Shown here in pieces: positions 43,898 through 54,493 of a DNA stretch of 64,000 nt; the first letter of the stretch is position 1; each line of letters opens with the position of its first letter. A program made the position numbers and the translations under genes. Below the pieces are notes generated by a model. That model was not told where the DNA came from. It made no database searches and was given only the letters and a program-made list of their open reading frames with translations. Source of the stretch: an uncultured Gemmatimonadaceae bacterium (GTDB taxonomy: Bacteria; Gemmatimonadota; Gemmatimonadetes; Gemmatimonadales; Gemmatimonadaceae); contig CAVUDW010000002.1 of assembly GCA_963740355.1 (NCBI GenBank), forward strand, positions 960,001 through 1,024,000, given 5' to 3'.

Positions 43898-44607
43898 CGC
43901 CGTCCGATCTCGCGGACGAGGCCGAGCGTGAGCATCGTGTTGCGTGTCCAGCTGTTCTTCGTGTTCGGGCCGACGAGACGCGGGATGTTCGGCGTCGAAT
44001 CGCGAAAGGTGGCCGGATACGGGACGCTGTAGAAACGATTCGTCATGTCGGCGCGCAGCGTCCAGCGCGACTTGAGCGGTGCGTACTTGAGTCCAAGACC
44101 CACGCTCGGTGCGAACCGGCTGCCGAACTTGAAGAGCGACGAGTCGGTGATCGCCTTCGAGTCGTTGGCGATGCCAGCGCCGAACGAGACGCTCGGCATC
44201 AGTGAGTGCCAGCTCTTGTGACCCGTGAGCATCAGCGTCAATGCGGCGTCGAGAAACCAGAGCGGCTCCGAGACCGTGGCGCCGACACGATTGGCCAGCG
44301 GCAAGCCGGGCTGCAACACATCGCGGCTCGAGGACTGTCTGACGAGACTCGAGGTGAACGACAACGGACTGGCGCCCAGCGGCACGTCGTAGCGCACACC
44401 GATCCCGATGCCACCGCGCGGCGCAGCGCCAACCTTGTCCTTGCCGCCGAAGCTCGGACCGACGATGAGACTGATCCCCTGCCGCTTCTCGACGTCGCGG
44501 AACGGGCTGTTTTCTGGCGTGCTGCCGACTTGCGCCTGCAATGCGGTGCTGCCGCTCACCGAGAGTCCTGCGACGATGCCCGCCACCATCAGCTGTCGAG
44601 CGTTCAT
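43894..44607 (-). CDS. Hypothetical exported protein, probable small outer-membrane beta-barrel
   Basis: Signal peptide ending AQA; amphipathic beta-strand pattern. Confidence 0.65.
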   Translation of the reverse strand: MNARQLMVAGIVAGLSVSGSTALQAQVGSTPENSPFRDVEKRQGISLIVGPSFGGKDKVGAAPRGGIGIGVRYDVPLGASPLSFTSSLVRQSSSRDVLQPGLPLANRVGATVSEPLWFLDAALTLMLTGHKSWHSLMPSVSFGAGIANDSKAITDSSLFKFGSRFAPSVGLGLKYAPLKSRWTLRADMTNRFYSVPYPATFRDSTPNIPRLVGPNTKNSWTRNTMLTLGLVREIGRR

Positions 44608-46172
44608 GCCGGCACCGAAGCTTGGCGCAGCGAACGCCCCGACATCTCGGGCGGGATCACGAGACCGAGCATGTCGATCACGGTCGGGCCAACATCACAC
44701 AGGGCACCGCCGGCACGCAGCGGAACGACGCCATCAGGATCGATGATCAACAAGGGAACTGGATTGGTAGTGTGTGCCGTGTGCGGTGCCCCGGTGACCG
44801 GGTCCACCATCACATCGGCGTTGCCATGATCGGCGGTGAAGATGACGCGTGCGCCGCCAACTTCGGCTGCCGTCACGATGCGTCCGATGCAGGCGTCGAC
44901 GGCTTGCACGGCGGCGATGGCGGCCGGGAGCGACCCAGTGTGCCCGACCATGTCGCAGTTGGCGAAGTTGCAGAGCATGAAGTCGTACTTCCGCGTTTCG
45001 AGCGCCTCCACCAGGCCGTCGCAAATGCCCGAGGCACTCATCTCCGGCTGCAGGTCGTAGGTGGCGACCTTGGGGCTCGGCACCATGCGACGCTCTTCGC
45101 CGGCGAAGGGTGTTTCGCGCCCGCCGTTGAAGAAGAAGGTCACGTGCGGATACTTCTCGGTCTCGGCGGTGCGCAGCTGCGTCATGCCAGCGTTCGCGAT
45201 CACTTCGCCGACCATGTTGGTGAGCTGCGTGGCCGGAAACGCGACCGGATAGGTAAATGTGGGGTCGTATTCCATCATCGTCGTGACGGATAGACGCGGC
45301 CGACCGTCAATGTTGAAGCCGGCGAACGTCGGCGATGTCAGTGCATCGCAGAGTTGCCGCATGCGATCGCTACGGAAGTTGAAGCAGATCACCACGTCGC
45401 CGTCGGCCAGCCGCGGCGTCAGCGCACCGGACGCATCATGCAACACGAACGGTTCGATGAATTCGTCGGTGGTGCCAGCGGCGTAGGCGGCGCTGAGAGA
45501 GGCGGCGACGGTGTCTGCGGTCGTCTCGGTCCCGACGCCATCGACCATCGCGCGGTACCACTTTTCGGTGCGCGGCCAGCGATGATCCCGATCCATGCCG
45601 AAGTAGCGCCCGCCGAGAGTGGACAACACCGCGCGGCCTGGGTATTTGGCGATCTCGTGCTGCAGCTCCGCCAGAAATCCGCGGCCCGAGTTGGGCGGCG
45701 TGTCACGACCGTCGAGCATGCCGTGCACGGCCACCGACTTCACACCTTCGCGGTTGGCCAGGTCGAGCAAGGCGAACAGGTGCTTGTCGAGCGCGTGCAC
45801 ACCACCGTGTCCGAGCAGGCCGATCAGGTGCAGGGTCACACCACGCGCGGCGGCGTCGCGACAGGCCGCCACCAGCGCTGGATTGGCGAAGAACGCGCCG
45901 GTCTCGATCGCAGCGCCGATGCGTACCAGATCCTGCTCCACGACGCGGCCAGCACCGAGGTTCATGTGGCCGACTTCGCTGTTGCCCATCTGACCTTCCG
46001 GCAGCCCGACCCGACGCCCGCTCGCCTCCAGCAGCGTATGCGGGACCGAGCCCATCAGTCGATCCCAGTTCGGCGTCTCGGCGAGGGCAATGGCGTTCGC
46101 CGTGGCGTCATCGCGGTATCCCCAGCCATCGAGAACGACGAGGCAGACAGGTCGGACGGAATGCGAAGGCAT
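44604..46172 (-). CDS. gpmI: 2,3-bisphosphoglycerate-independent phosphoglycerate mutase
   Basis: LDGWG, GQMGNSEVGH, DGRDTPP, AETEKYPHVTFF, DMVGHTG, TADHGNA. Confidence 0.97.
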   Translation of the reverse strand: MPSHSVRPVCLVVLDGWGYRDDATANAIALAETPNWDRLMGSVPHTLLEASGRRVGLPEGQMGNSEVGHMNLGAGRVVEQDLVRIGAAIETGAFFANPALVAACRDAAARGVTLHLIGLLGHGGVHALDKHLFALLDLANREGVKSVAVHGMLDGRDTPPNSGRGFLAELQHEIAKYPGRAVLSTLGGRYFGMDRDHRWPRTEKWYRAMVDGVGTETTADTVAASLSAAYAAGTTDEFIEPFVLHDASGALTPRLADGDVVICFNFRSDRMRQLCDALTSPTFAGFNIDGRPRLSVTTMMEYDPTFTYPVAFPATQLTNMVGEVIANAGMTQLRTAETEKYPHVTFFFNGGRETPFAGEERRMVPSPKVATYDLQPEMSASGICDGLVEALETRKYDFMLCNFANCDMVGHTGSLPAAIAAVQAVDACIGRIVTAAEVGGARVIFTADHGNADVMVDPVTGAPHTAHTTNPVPLLIIDPDGVVPLRAGGALCDVGPTVIDMLGLVIPPEMSGRSLRQASVPA

Positions 46173-46208
46173 GGATGCAGGGTGGGGCAGGGTAGTAATG
46201 TCGTGAGT

Positions 46209-46877
46209 ATGACGTCTGCTGAATGTACCCCCCGCCGGTGGGCACTACCATCGAAAGCGCAACGCTCCGTCGCTGCCTACACGCTTGCCAGCCTCGTGTT
46301 TCTTCTGGGGGCCGCCAATCTGGCGGCTCAGAAGCCAGCAGACTCGACCGTGGCTCGCGCGGTCAGTCCCGCCACCATCCCGCTCCGGCCGGCCGCGAAG
46401 GCTGAGTTCCGGACGGCACCAGATGGCGCGGTGATGGGTACTGTCGTGACGCCCGGCACCGTCATTCCCCTGGCGAGGGAACGGGGGTGGGTGCGGGTGC
46501 GGATGGAAGGGTGGATCAAGGAGTCTGACCTTCTGCCCGTGGATTCCTCCCTCCGGACACAGCTCAGCGCGGCAGACCTGCGCGCCGATCCGGAAGGCTC
46601 CAAGGGGAAGCTGATTCGCTGGAAGGTCGAGGTGCTCGCGTTCCAGAAGGCGGATGCATTGCGTCGCGACCTTCAGACGGGCGAGCCGTACCTGCTGGCG
46701 CGTGGGCCGGCCGGCGAGAATGCGATGTTGTACCTGGCGTTGCCTCAGTCACTGGTCAATGACGCCAAGGCCATCGTTCCCCTGACCGTGATTCAGATCA
46801 TCGCGCGCGTCCGCACCGGACGCTCCGCACCTACGAACGTGCCTATCCTCGACGTCGAGGCGATTACACCACCATGA
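46209..46877 (+). CDS. Exported protein with SH3b-like domain and OB-fold-like C-terminus
   Basis: Signal peptide; FRTAPDG...GWVRVRMEGWIKESDL; stop overlaps the next ATG. Confidence 0.7.
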   Translation: MTSAECTPRRWALPSKAQRSVAAYTLASLVFLLGAANLAAQKPADSTVARAVSPATIPLRPAAKAEFRTAPDGAVMGTVVTPGTVIPLARERGWVRVRMEGWIKESDLLPVDSSLRTQLSAADLRADPEGSKGKLIRWKVEVLAFQKADALRRDLQTGEPYLLARGPAGENAMLYLALPQSLVNDAKAIVPLTVIQIIARVRTGRSAPTNVPILDVEAITPP

Positions 46878-47515
46878 GCGGCGACAGTCCTGACAGCCGA
46901 TTGCGACCCACGGTCGGCTTCATCATCACCGGGCTTCTGATCGCTGCCGCCGTGGCTGCGGTGCCGATGCTGCGCGCCGAGCGCGAAAGCCTCCGGCAAG
47001 AGGCGGCGCTGCTCCGGTCGCAGAGGTCGACGGCCACGGTCACGCTCGATTCGCTGCGCAAGGCCGCGGACGTCGAGTCGGCGACCCTCGCGCTCGAGCT
47101 AGCGCGCGCCAACGCGCGTGCGGAACCGAAGCTGCACCTCGTGATCGCCGTCGACAGCGGCACCGTAGCCTTGATGCGCGATGGAATCACGCTGCGCACG
47201 ATGCCGGCCCGTTTTCGCGGGGCCCTTCCGGCACGCGGCACGCAGACGATCTCCAAGATCGCCGAGTCGCCGGTCGCCGCCGATGCGCCGACCGTGGACT
47301 CGCTCGGCAACGCGATCGCCGTGGGTGCGAAGGAGATGAAGGTGGAGCGGGTCACTCTCAGCGATGGCACAGTGATCGAGGGTGGCGATGCGGCGGCAGC
47401 CCTGCTCGGCGGTGTGGAAACCGGTCCTGGTCCTCGCATGATCGTCGTGTCACGTCGCGACTTCGATGCCGTGCGCCCCAACCTGGTGCGTGGCATGAAG
47501 GCGGTGTTGTTCTGA
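46874..47515 (+). CDS. Membrane-anchored L,D-transpeptidase-like protein lacking the catalytic His/Cys
   Basis: TM plus coiled coil; aligns by eye with the downstream YkuD domain; contains no Cys. Confidence 0.7.
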   Translation: MSGDSPDSRLRPTVGFIITGLLIAAAVAAVPMLRAERESLRQEAALLRSQRSTATVTLDSLRKAADVESATLALELARANARAEPKLHLVIAVDSGTVALMRDGITLRTMPARFRGALPARGTQTISKIAESPVAADAPTVDSLGNAIAVGAKEMKVERVTLSDGTVIEGGDAAAALLGGVETGPGPRMIVVSRRDFDAVRPNLVRGMKAVLF

Positions 47516-48369
47516 TGGGCCCCGTGAAGCGATTCCTCACCGCCGGCGGCTGGCTGGCGTGGTGTGCCTCGACGCTGGCGCTGGCTGGCGTTGGCGTGGC
47601 CGCGTTCGAAGGGTTTCAGACGGTGACGGCGATGCAGGCGCGTGATGCGGCGCGTGATGCCGGGGCCCGCGAGCTGAACGAGTTGCAAGCGGCGCGCGTG
47701 CGAGTCACGGCCCTCCTTGATTCGACGCGTCGTGCCCGAACCAGTGGCCTGCCAACCGGGGTGGAGCCATACGTGATCGTCAGCCTCGCTGACAACCGCC
47801 TCTGGGTGCGCGATGGTGAGACGGAATTGTTCACGACGCGCGTTGCCAGTGGCAGCGGGCGCACTCTGATCGGCGCTGGTCGAGACCAGAAGTACAAGTT
47901 CGACACACCGCGCGGGAAGCTGACGGTGAAGAGCAAGGAGACCTCGCCGGCGTGGGTGCCACCGGATTGGCATTTCGTCGAGCAGGCTGGCAAGAAAAAA
48001 CTCGGCATCCTGCGCATGAAGCGTGGGCAGATCATCCAGGTATCCGACGGTGTCATCACGACGCGCGGCAGCGATGTGATCAAGCGATATCGGGATGGCT
48101 CGGTGCAGGCACTCACGGCCACCGACGGCAAGGAGCTGGTCGCTGGCGGGCGGATCATCATCCCGCCCGGCGGCACCAACGCTCGACGCTACAAGGAGAT
48201 TCTCGGCACGCATCGCCTGAACCTCGGCGATGGATACGCCTTGCATGGCACGAATGCGCCGACGTCGATTGGGCGGAGTGTGAGCCATGGGTGCGTTCGG
48301 TTGCGCAATGAGGACATCGAAACGTTGTATCGCATGATTCCTGTTGGCGCCGCGGTGTACATCTACTGA
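47515..48369 (+). CDS. L,D-transpeptidase (YkuD family)
   Basis: DTPRG, PAWVPP, YALHGT...SHGCVRL. Confidence 0.94.
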   Translation: MGPVKRFLTAGGWLAWCASTLALAGVGVAAFEGFQTVTAMQARDAARDAGARELNELQAARVRVTALLDSTRRARTSGLPTGVEPYVIVSLADNRLWVRDGETELFTTRVASGSGRTLIGAGRDQKYKFDTPRGKLTVKSKETSPAWVPPDWHFVEQAGKKKLGILRMKRGQIIQVSDGVITTRGSDVIKRYRDGSVQALTATDGKELVAGGRIIIPPGGTNARRYKEILGTHRLNLGDGYALHGTNAPTSIGRSVSHGCVRLRNEDIETLYRMIPVGAAVYIY

Positions 48370-48980
48370 TGCGCTCCGTGATGTGGCGCCGCGCGGCGGT
48401 GATGGCGGTGCTGCTGGCGGCCACCACCGCTTGCTCGTCGGCGCGTGGAAGGCTCTGCCGCGACGTACCGGATCCGGACGAACTGGGCCGACTCGCGACG
48501 GTCACTGATTCGACGGTGGTGGCGATGCGTACCGCCACCGATACGCAACTGACGTCGCTGCGCATCTACCTGCAGTCGGTGCTCAGCCGTGCCGACATGC
48601 TCGATCAGTGTGGACGGGTGTCGACGCCAGCCGACTTGCGAACCGCGGGGTCGATGGCGCTGACGGCCAACTCCCTCGGTCAGGAAGCGGTCGAGCGCGC
48701 GTACCGCTGGTCGCGCCGCGCTGTGGAGGCGGATTCGTCCGACCGTCGCTCATGGCGCGTGATGGCGCATGCGTGGGACCAATTGCAGCTGCTGCAGAAA
48801 CAGCGCCAGTGGTTTGCAACGGTCGTCACCTGTCCCAACACCCTCGAAGGACGCTGCGCAATCGCGCCCATCGACACCACACACGTCACCGACCCGCAGC
48901 GGGCAGAACTCGGACTACGAACCATCGCACAGCAGCGAGAGCGGGTCGACTCGTTGAATCGCGCGCGCGGCCGCCCCTGA
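48369..48980 (+). CDS. Hypothetical helical lipoprotein
   Basis: TTAC lipobox; AWD..L....QWF and VTD.QRAELGL pattern; start overlaps LDT stop. Confidence 0.7.
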   Translation: MRSVMWRRAAVMAVLLAATTACSSARGRLCRDVPDPDELGRLATVTDSTVVAMRTATDTQLTSLRIYLQSVLSRADMLDQCGRVSTPADLRTAGSMALTANSLGQEAVERAYRWSRRAVEADSSDRRSWRVMAHAWDQLQLLQKQRQWFATVVTCPNTLEGRCAIAPIDTTHVTDPQRAELGLRTIAQQRERVDSLNRARGRP

Positions 48981-49156
48981 TTCGGTCAGCGCGTCCAGGG
49001 GAAGCGCCCAGCGGATGCGCATGAAACTTCGCTAACCAATGGCTGAGCCTGAACGGCTGGTCAGCGTCGGGCCGGAATTAGTAGATTTTGCCCCGGAACG
49101 CGTGACCCCGTGCAGTCGAGACTCGTGTAGCAGGTGAGACACAAGGAGCCTCCGAA

Positions 49157-50065
49157 ATGACTGGTCGATCAATACTTGCTGGAATGCTGCTCTCGGGCAT
49201 CGCGTCGTGGTTCGCGGCGCCGCCGAGCGAAGCGTATGCGTCGACGTCAGCCGTTCGCGAGCTGTACTCGAGTGCGGACATGGTGGCACTCGACGACTCG
49301 CTGCTCGGGCGCAGCGGAAAGCTGCGAGCCCGGTTCCTGCCGGCACCACAGGCGCGGGAGATGGAACGCGCCATCGGTGCGATGCGGGCGTCCCCTGCTG
49401 AAGCCGGTTTGCGGTCACGTGTCGCCTCGCTGCAGATCGTGCCCATGGTGCCGTTCACGATGAAGGTGCGTGGGTGGATGGGCATGTATCGCATGGGCTA
49501 CTGGCCCGGTGAAAAGCGCGCCGTCAGCAGCGCGTCGTACGACAACCCGCTGGGCTTCATCGAGGTCACGCCGCAGAACGAAGGGCTGCAGATCTCCGAG
49601 CATTTCCGGTTGCGCGACTTCGTGACCAAGGATCAGTCCACCGTCTGGCCCAAGTACGTCGTGCTGCGCGAGGCGCTGATCGACAAGCTCGAGCTGGTGA
49701 TCGAGGAGCTGCAGTTGATGGGATATCCCGTCGAGCACGTGCAGGTGATGAGTGGCTTCCGGCATCCGTTCTACAACGCCCAGGGTGTTGGCAAGGGCGG
49801 ACGGGCACGTGAGAGCAGGCATCAGTACGGCGATGCCTCGGATGTGTTCGTCGACAACAATTACGACGGCATGATGGATGATCTCGACGGCGACGGTCGT
49901 GTCACGATGCTCGACAGCGACCTGATCATTCTGGCCGTCGAGAAAGTCGAGATGGCACATCCGGAGTTGATCGGCGGTATGGGTCGTTATCATGCAACCC
50001 ATGCACACGGACCCTTTGTCCACGTCGACGTCCGCGGAACGCCGGCCCGATGGGGCGGCGCATAA
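49157..50065 (+). CDS. Peptidase M15A-like zinc D-Ala-D-Ala peptidase
   Basis: SEHFRLRDF, SGFR, HQYGDASD (H-x6-D), FVHVDVRG. Confidence 0.85.
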   Translation: MTGRSILAGMLLSGIASWFAAPPSEAYASTSAVRELYSSADMVALDDSLLGRSGKLRARFLPAPQAREMERAIGAMRASPAEAGLRSRVASLQIVPMVPFTMKVRGWMGMYRMGYWPGEKRAVSSASYDNPLGFIEVTPQNEGLQISEHFRLRDFVTKDQSTVWPKYVVLREALIDKLELVIEELQLMGYPVEHVQVMSGFRHPFYNAQGVGKGGRARESRHQYGDASDVFVDNNYDGMMDDLDGDGRVTMLDSDLIILAVEKVEMAHPELIGGMGRYHATHAHGPFVHVDVRGTPARWGGA

Positions 50066-51734
50066 GCCGACACCGATCGGGCTGATCGGACTCACACTCG
50101 CCGATCCGCTCTACCCCGACGATCGCCAACTCGCCACGCCTCCGCGCACCTGGCGCTACGCCAAGTACGCGATGGCGATTGCGCTGCCGCTTGGCGTGGC
50201 GTTCGCTGCACATCGCATCAGTGAGCCGGAAGGGCTGGACGCAGCGGAAGCACCTTCGGCGAACGCACTCGAATTCGTCACCACGAATGACGGCGCCACG
50301 GCGGCAGGCAGCGCCACGTCGCGACCACCGGCTCGGTCATTCAATGCGTCGTCGTTCGGGCACAGCAACGCGGTGCGGGTGCGCGTCGTGCTTCCGAAGG
50401 ATCCCGTCGTGCTGCCCATCGATTTCGACGGATCGACGGTTGGCGTGCAGGCGCAGTGGATTGGCTTTGATGGCAAGGGCAATGAGCCGCCGATGCCATG
50501 GCCGGAAGCCGGCAAGGTGGTCCGCGCACCGTCTCGTCCAGGCGCCTTCTGGCTGGTCCTCTCGCGCGGTGGATTCGCCGACACCGTCGCCGATCTGGCG
50601 CTGCTGGTTGAACATCCGATGCCGAACTCGATGGCGACGGGCATCAACGGCTATCACATGGGTCGCTGGCCGAAGGCGGCAGATGGCGTGGTGCCGCGTG
50701 GCTTCATCGAAGTCACCGACCGGCTGAGCGACTTTCCACTCTCGCCGCACCTTCGGTTGAGCGACTTCGTCGTGCACGATGCGCAGGACGGCTTCCCGAA
50801 GTATCTGCACGTGCGCGAGTCATTGCTCGACAAGATCGAGCTGGTCGTGGCGGAGATTGCGCAGATGCGTGGCCGGTCGCCGTCCACGGTGAAGCTCAAT
50901 GTGGCGAGTGGTTTCCGCAGCCCGGCGCACAACAATGAAGTGTCGGGCACGGCACAGGACAGTCGCCACATGTACGGTGACGCGGCCGACATTGCGATCG
51001 ACGCCAACAGCGACGGGCGGCTGACCGAGATCGATGCTCGACTGGTCGCCGCGGCGGCCGAGATCGTGGAGCGGAAGTATCCCGACATGGTGGGTGGCAT
51101 CGGCCTCTACATCACGACCGATGGTGCCGGGTGGCCGTACGTGCACATCGACACGCGCGGTCGGCGCGCACGCTGGCGTGGTGGTGTGAAGCGGGGCGGG
51201 GCGGTGGCGATCGATTCGCTGCCGGCTGACGCCTCGTTCGATTCGTCCGTCGCGAAGCCTGCCGCGATCACGCCGGCCTCGATGCCGACGCCGATGTCTG
51301 CTCCGGCCCTGGCGCCGACCGTCGGGCCCGCGGTGGCGCCGACCTCGTCGGCCACGCCCGCGCCGATCGTGGCAGGCCCCACCATCGCCGCACCGAAGGT
51401 GGTGTTGCCAGCGCCGACCTCGGCGTCACCGGTGCCGGCGAAGTCTGTCGCACCGACCACTGTCGCACCGCGACCTGGCACGGCACGTCCCGCCGCGCGC
51501 ACGACGAGCACACGCACGGCGGTCAAGCGTGCGCCAACAGCGAGGCGCGCGGCAGCCGCGGCGCGCAAGCCGGCTCCCCGCACGTCCAAGCCGCGGACGA
51601 CGGGGCTGATCATGCAGTCGGCGGCCGCGCACTCGCGCTCGACCGTGCGCCCGTCACCAACGACCCCGGCCGCGCGTACTGCAGAAGACCCGTTCGCGAG
51701 TGCCGCGAAGAAGTTCCGGACATCTCGCCCCTGA
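49992..51734 (+). CDS. Second M15A-like peptidase with long Pro/Ala- and Arg-rich tail (start uncertain)
   Basis: SPHLRLSDF, SGFRSP, HMYGDAAD, YVHIDTRG. Confidence 0.82.
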   Translation: MQPMHTDPLSTSTSAERRPDGAAHKPTPIGLIGLTLADPLYPDDRQLATPPRTWRYAKYAMAIALPLGVAFAAHRISEPEGLDAAEAPSANALEFVTTNDGATAAGSATSRPPARSFNASSFGHSNAVRVRVVLPKDPVVLPIDFDGSTVGVQAQWIGFDGKGNEPPMPWPEAGKVVRAPSRPGAFWLVLSRGGFADTVADLALLVEHPMPNSMATGINGYHMGRWPKAADGVVPRGFIEVTDRLSDFPLSPHLRLSDFVVHDAQDGFPKYLHVRESLLDKIELVVAEIAQMRGRSPSTVKLNVASGFRSPAHNNEVSGTAQDSRHMYGDAADIAIDANSDGRLTEIDARLVAAAAEIVERKYPDMVGGIGLYITTDGAGWPYVHIDTRGRRARWRGGVKRGGAVAIDSLPADASFDSSVAKPAAITPASMPTPMSAPALAPTVGPAVAPTSSATPAPIVAGPTIAAPKVVLPAPTSASPVPAKSVAPTTVAPRPGTARPAARTTSTRTAVKRAPTARRAAAAARKPAPRTSKPRTTGLIMQSAAAHSRSTVRPSPTTPAARTAEDPFASAAKKFRTSRP

Positions 51735-51796
51735 ACGCGTGCCGCCAGACGGGGTAGCATTCCGGTCTGGAATCAACATTTCGCACTTCGCCCTAC

Positions 51797-52191
51797 ATGC
51801 CGCTCAGCCCATATCTTCGCGACCGTCTGATCGCCAAGTTCGACACCCTGTCGGATGATCGCGCGTTTCAGGTGCTGGATTACGTGGAATTTCTCGAGTC
51901 CAAGTACAGCCGACTGGAGCCGCCGACCGGGGCTGCCGGCTTGCTGATGAAGCTGCAGGAGACCGTCGAGGACGGTCTGCGCGCGGGCAAGGTGTCCGCG
52001 ACCAGCGTCGCCGATACGCTGGGCTTCATGCAGAAGGCCGTCGGTGTCTTGAGCGGGGTAGCGGCGGCGGGGCAGAGTGTCGCCACCGACCTCGCCGGTG
52101 CCGCGACTCGCGCCGCGCGGGCGGCCACCGGTGAGACGCCCGCACCGCCGACTCAGCCCGGCTCGAGTGCCGGCGAAGGGCCGGCCCGTTG

Positions 52192-52192
<1 letters not shown>
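51797..52192 (+). CDS. Hypothetical protein (DUF2281-like N-terminus)
   Basis: QVLDYVEFLESKY; coupled to the next gene. Confidence 0.7.
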
Positions 52193-54314
<2,122 letters not shown>

Positions 54315-54493
54315 ACCGGCGGGCGCCCCCGCGCCCGCCAAAGTGAAGGGAGGATGAGTTCTCCCCAACGCGATTGACTTTCCGGTCTCGGCCGTGTGAC
54401 CTTGCGCGGGTTCCGCCCTGACCGGGAAAGAAGCTGTTTCCCGGGTAGGGCAACCCTCATTCCCGTTGTCCGACCCTGATACGGAGCTCCCGC

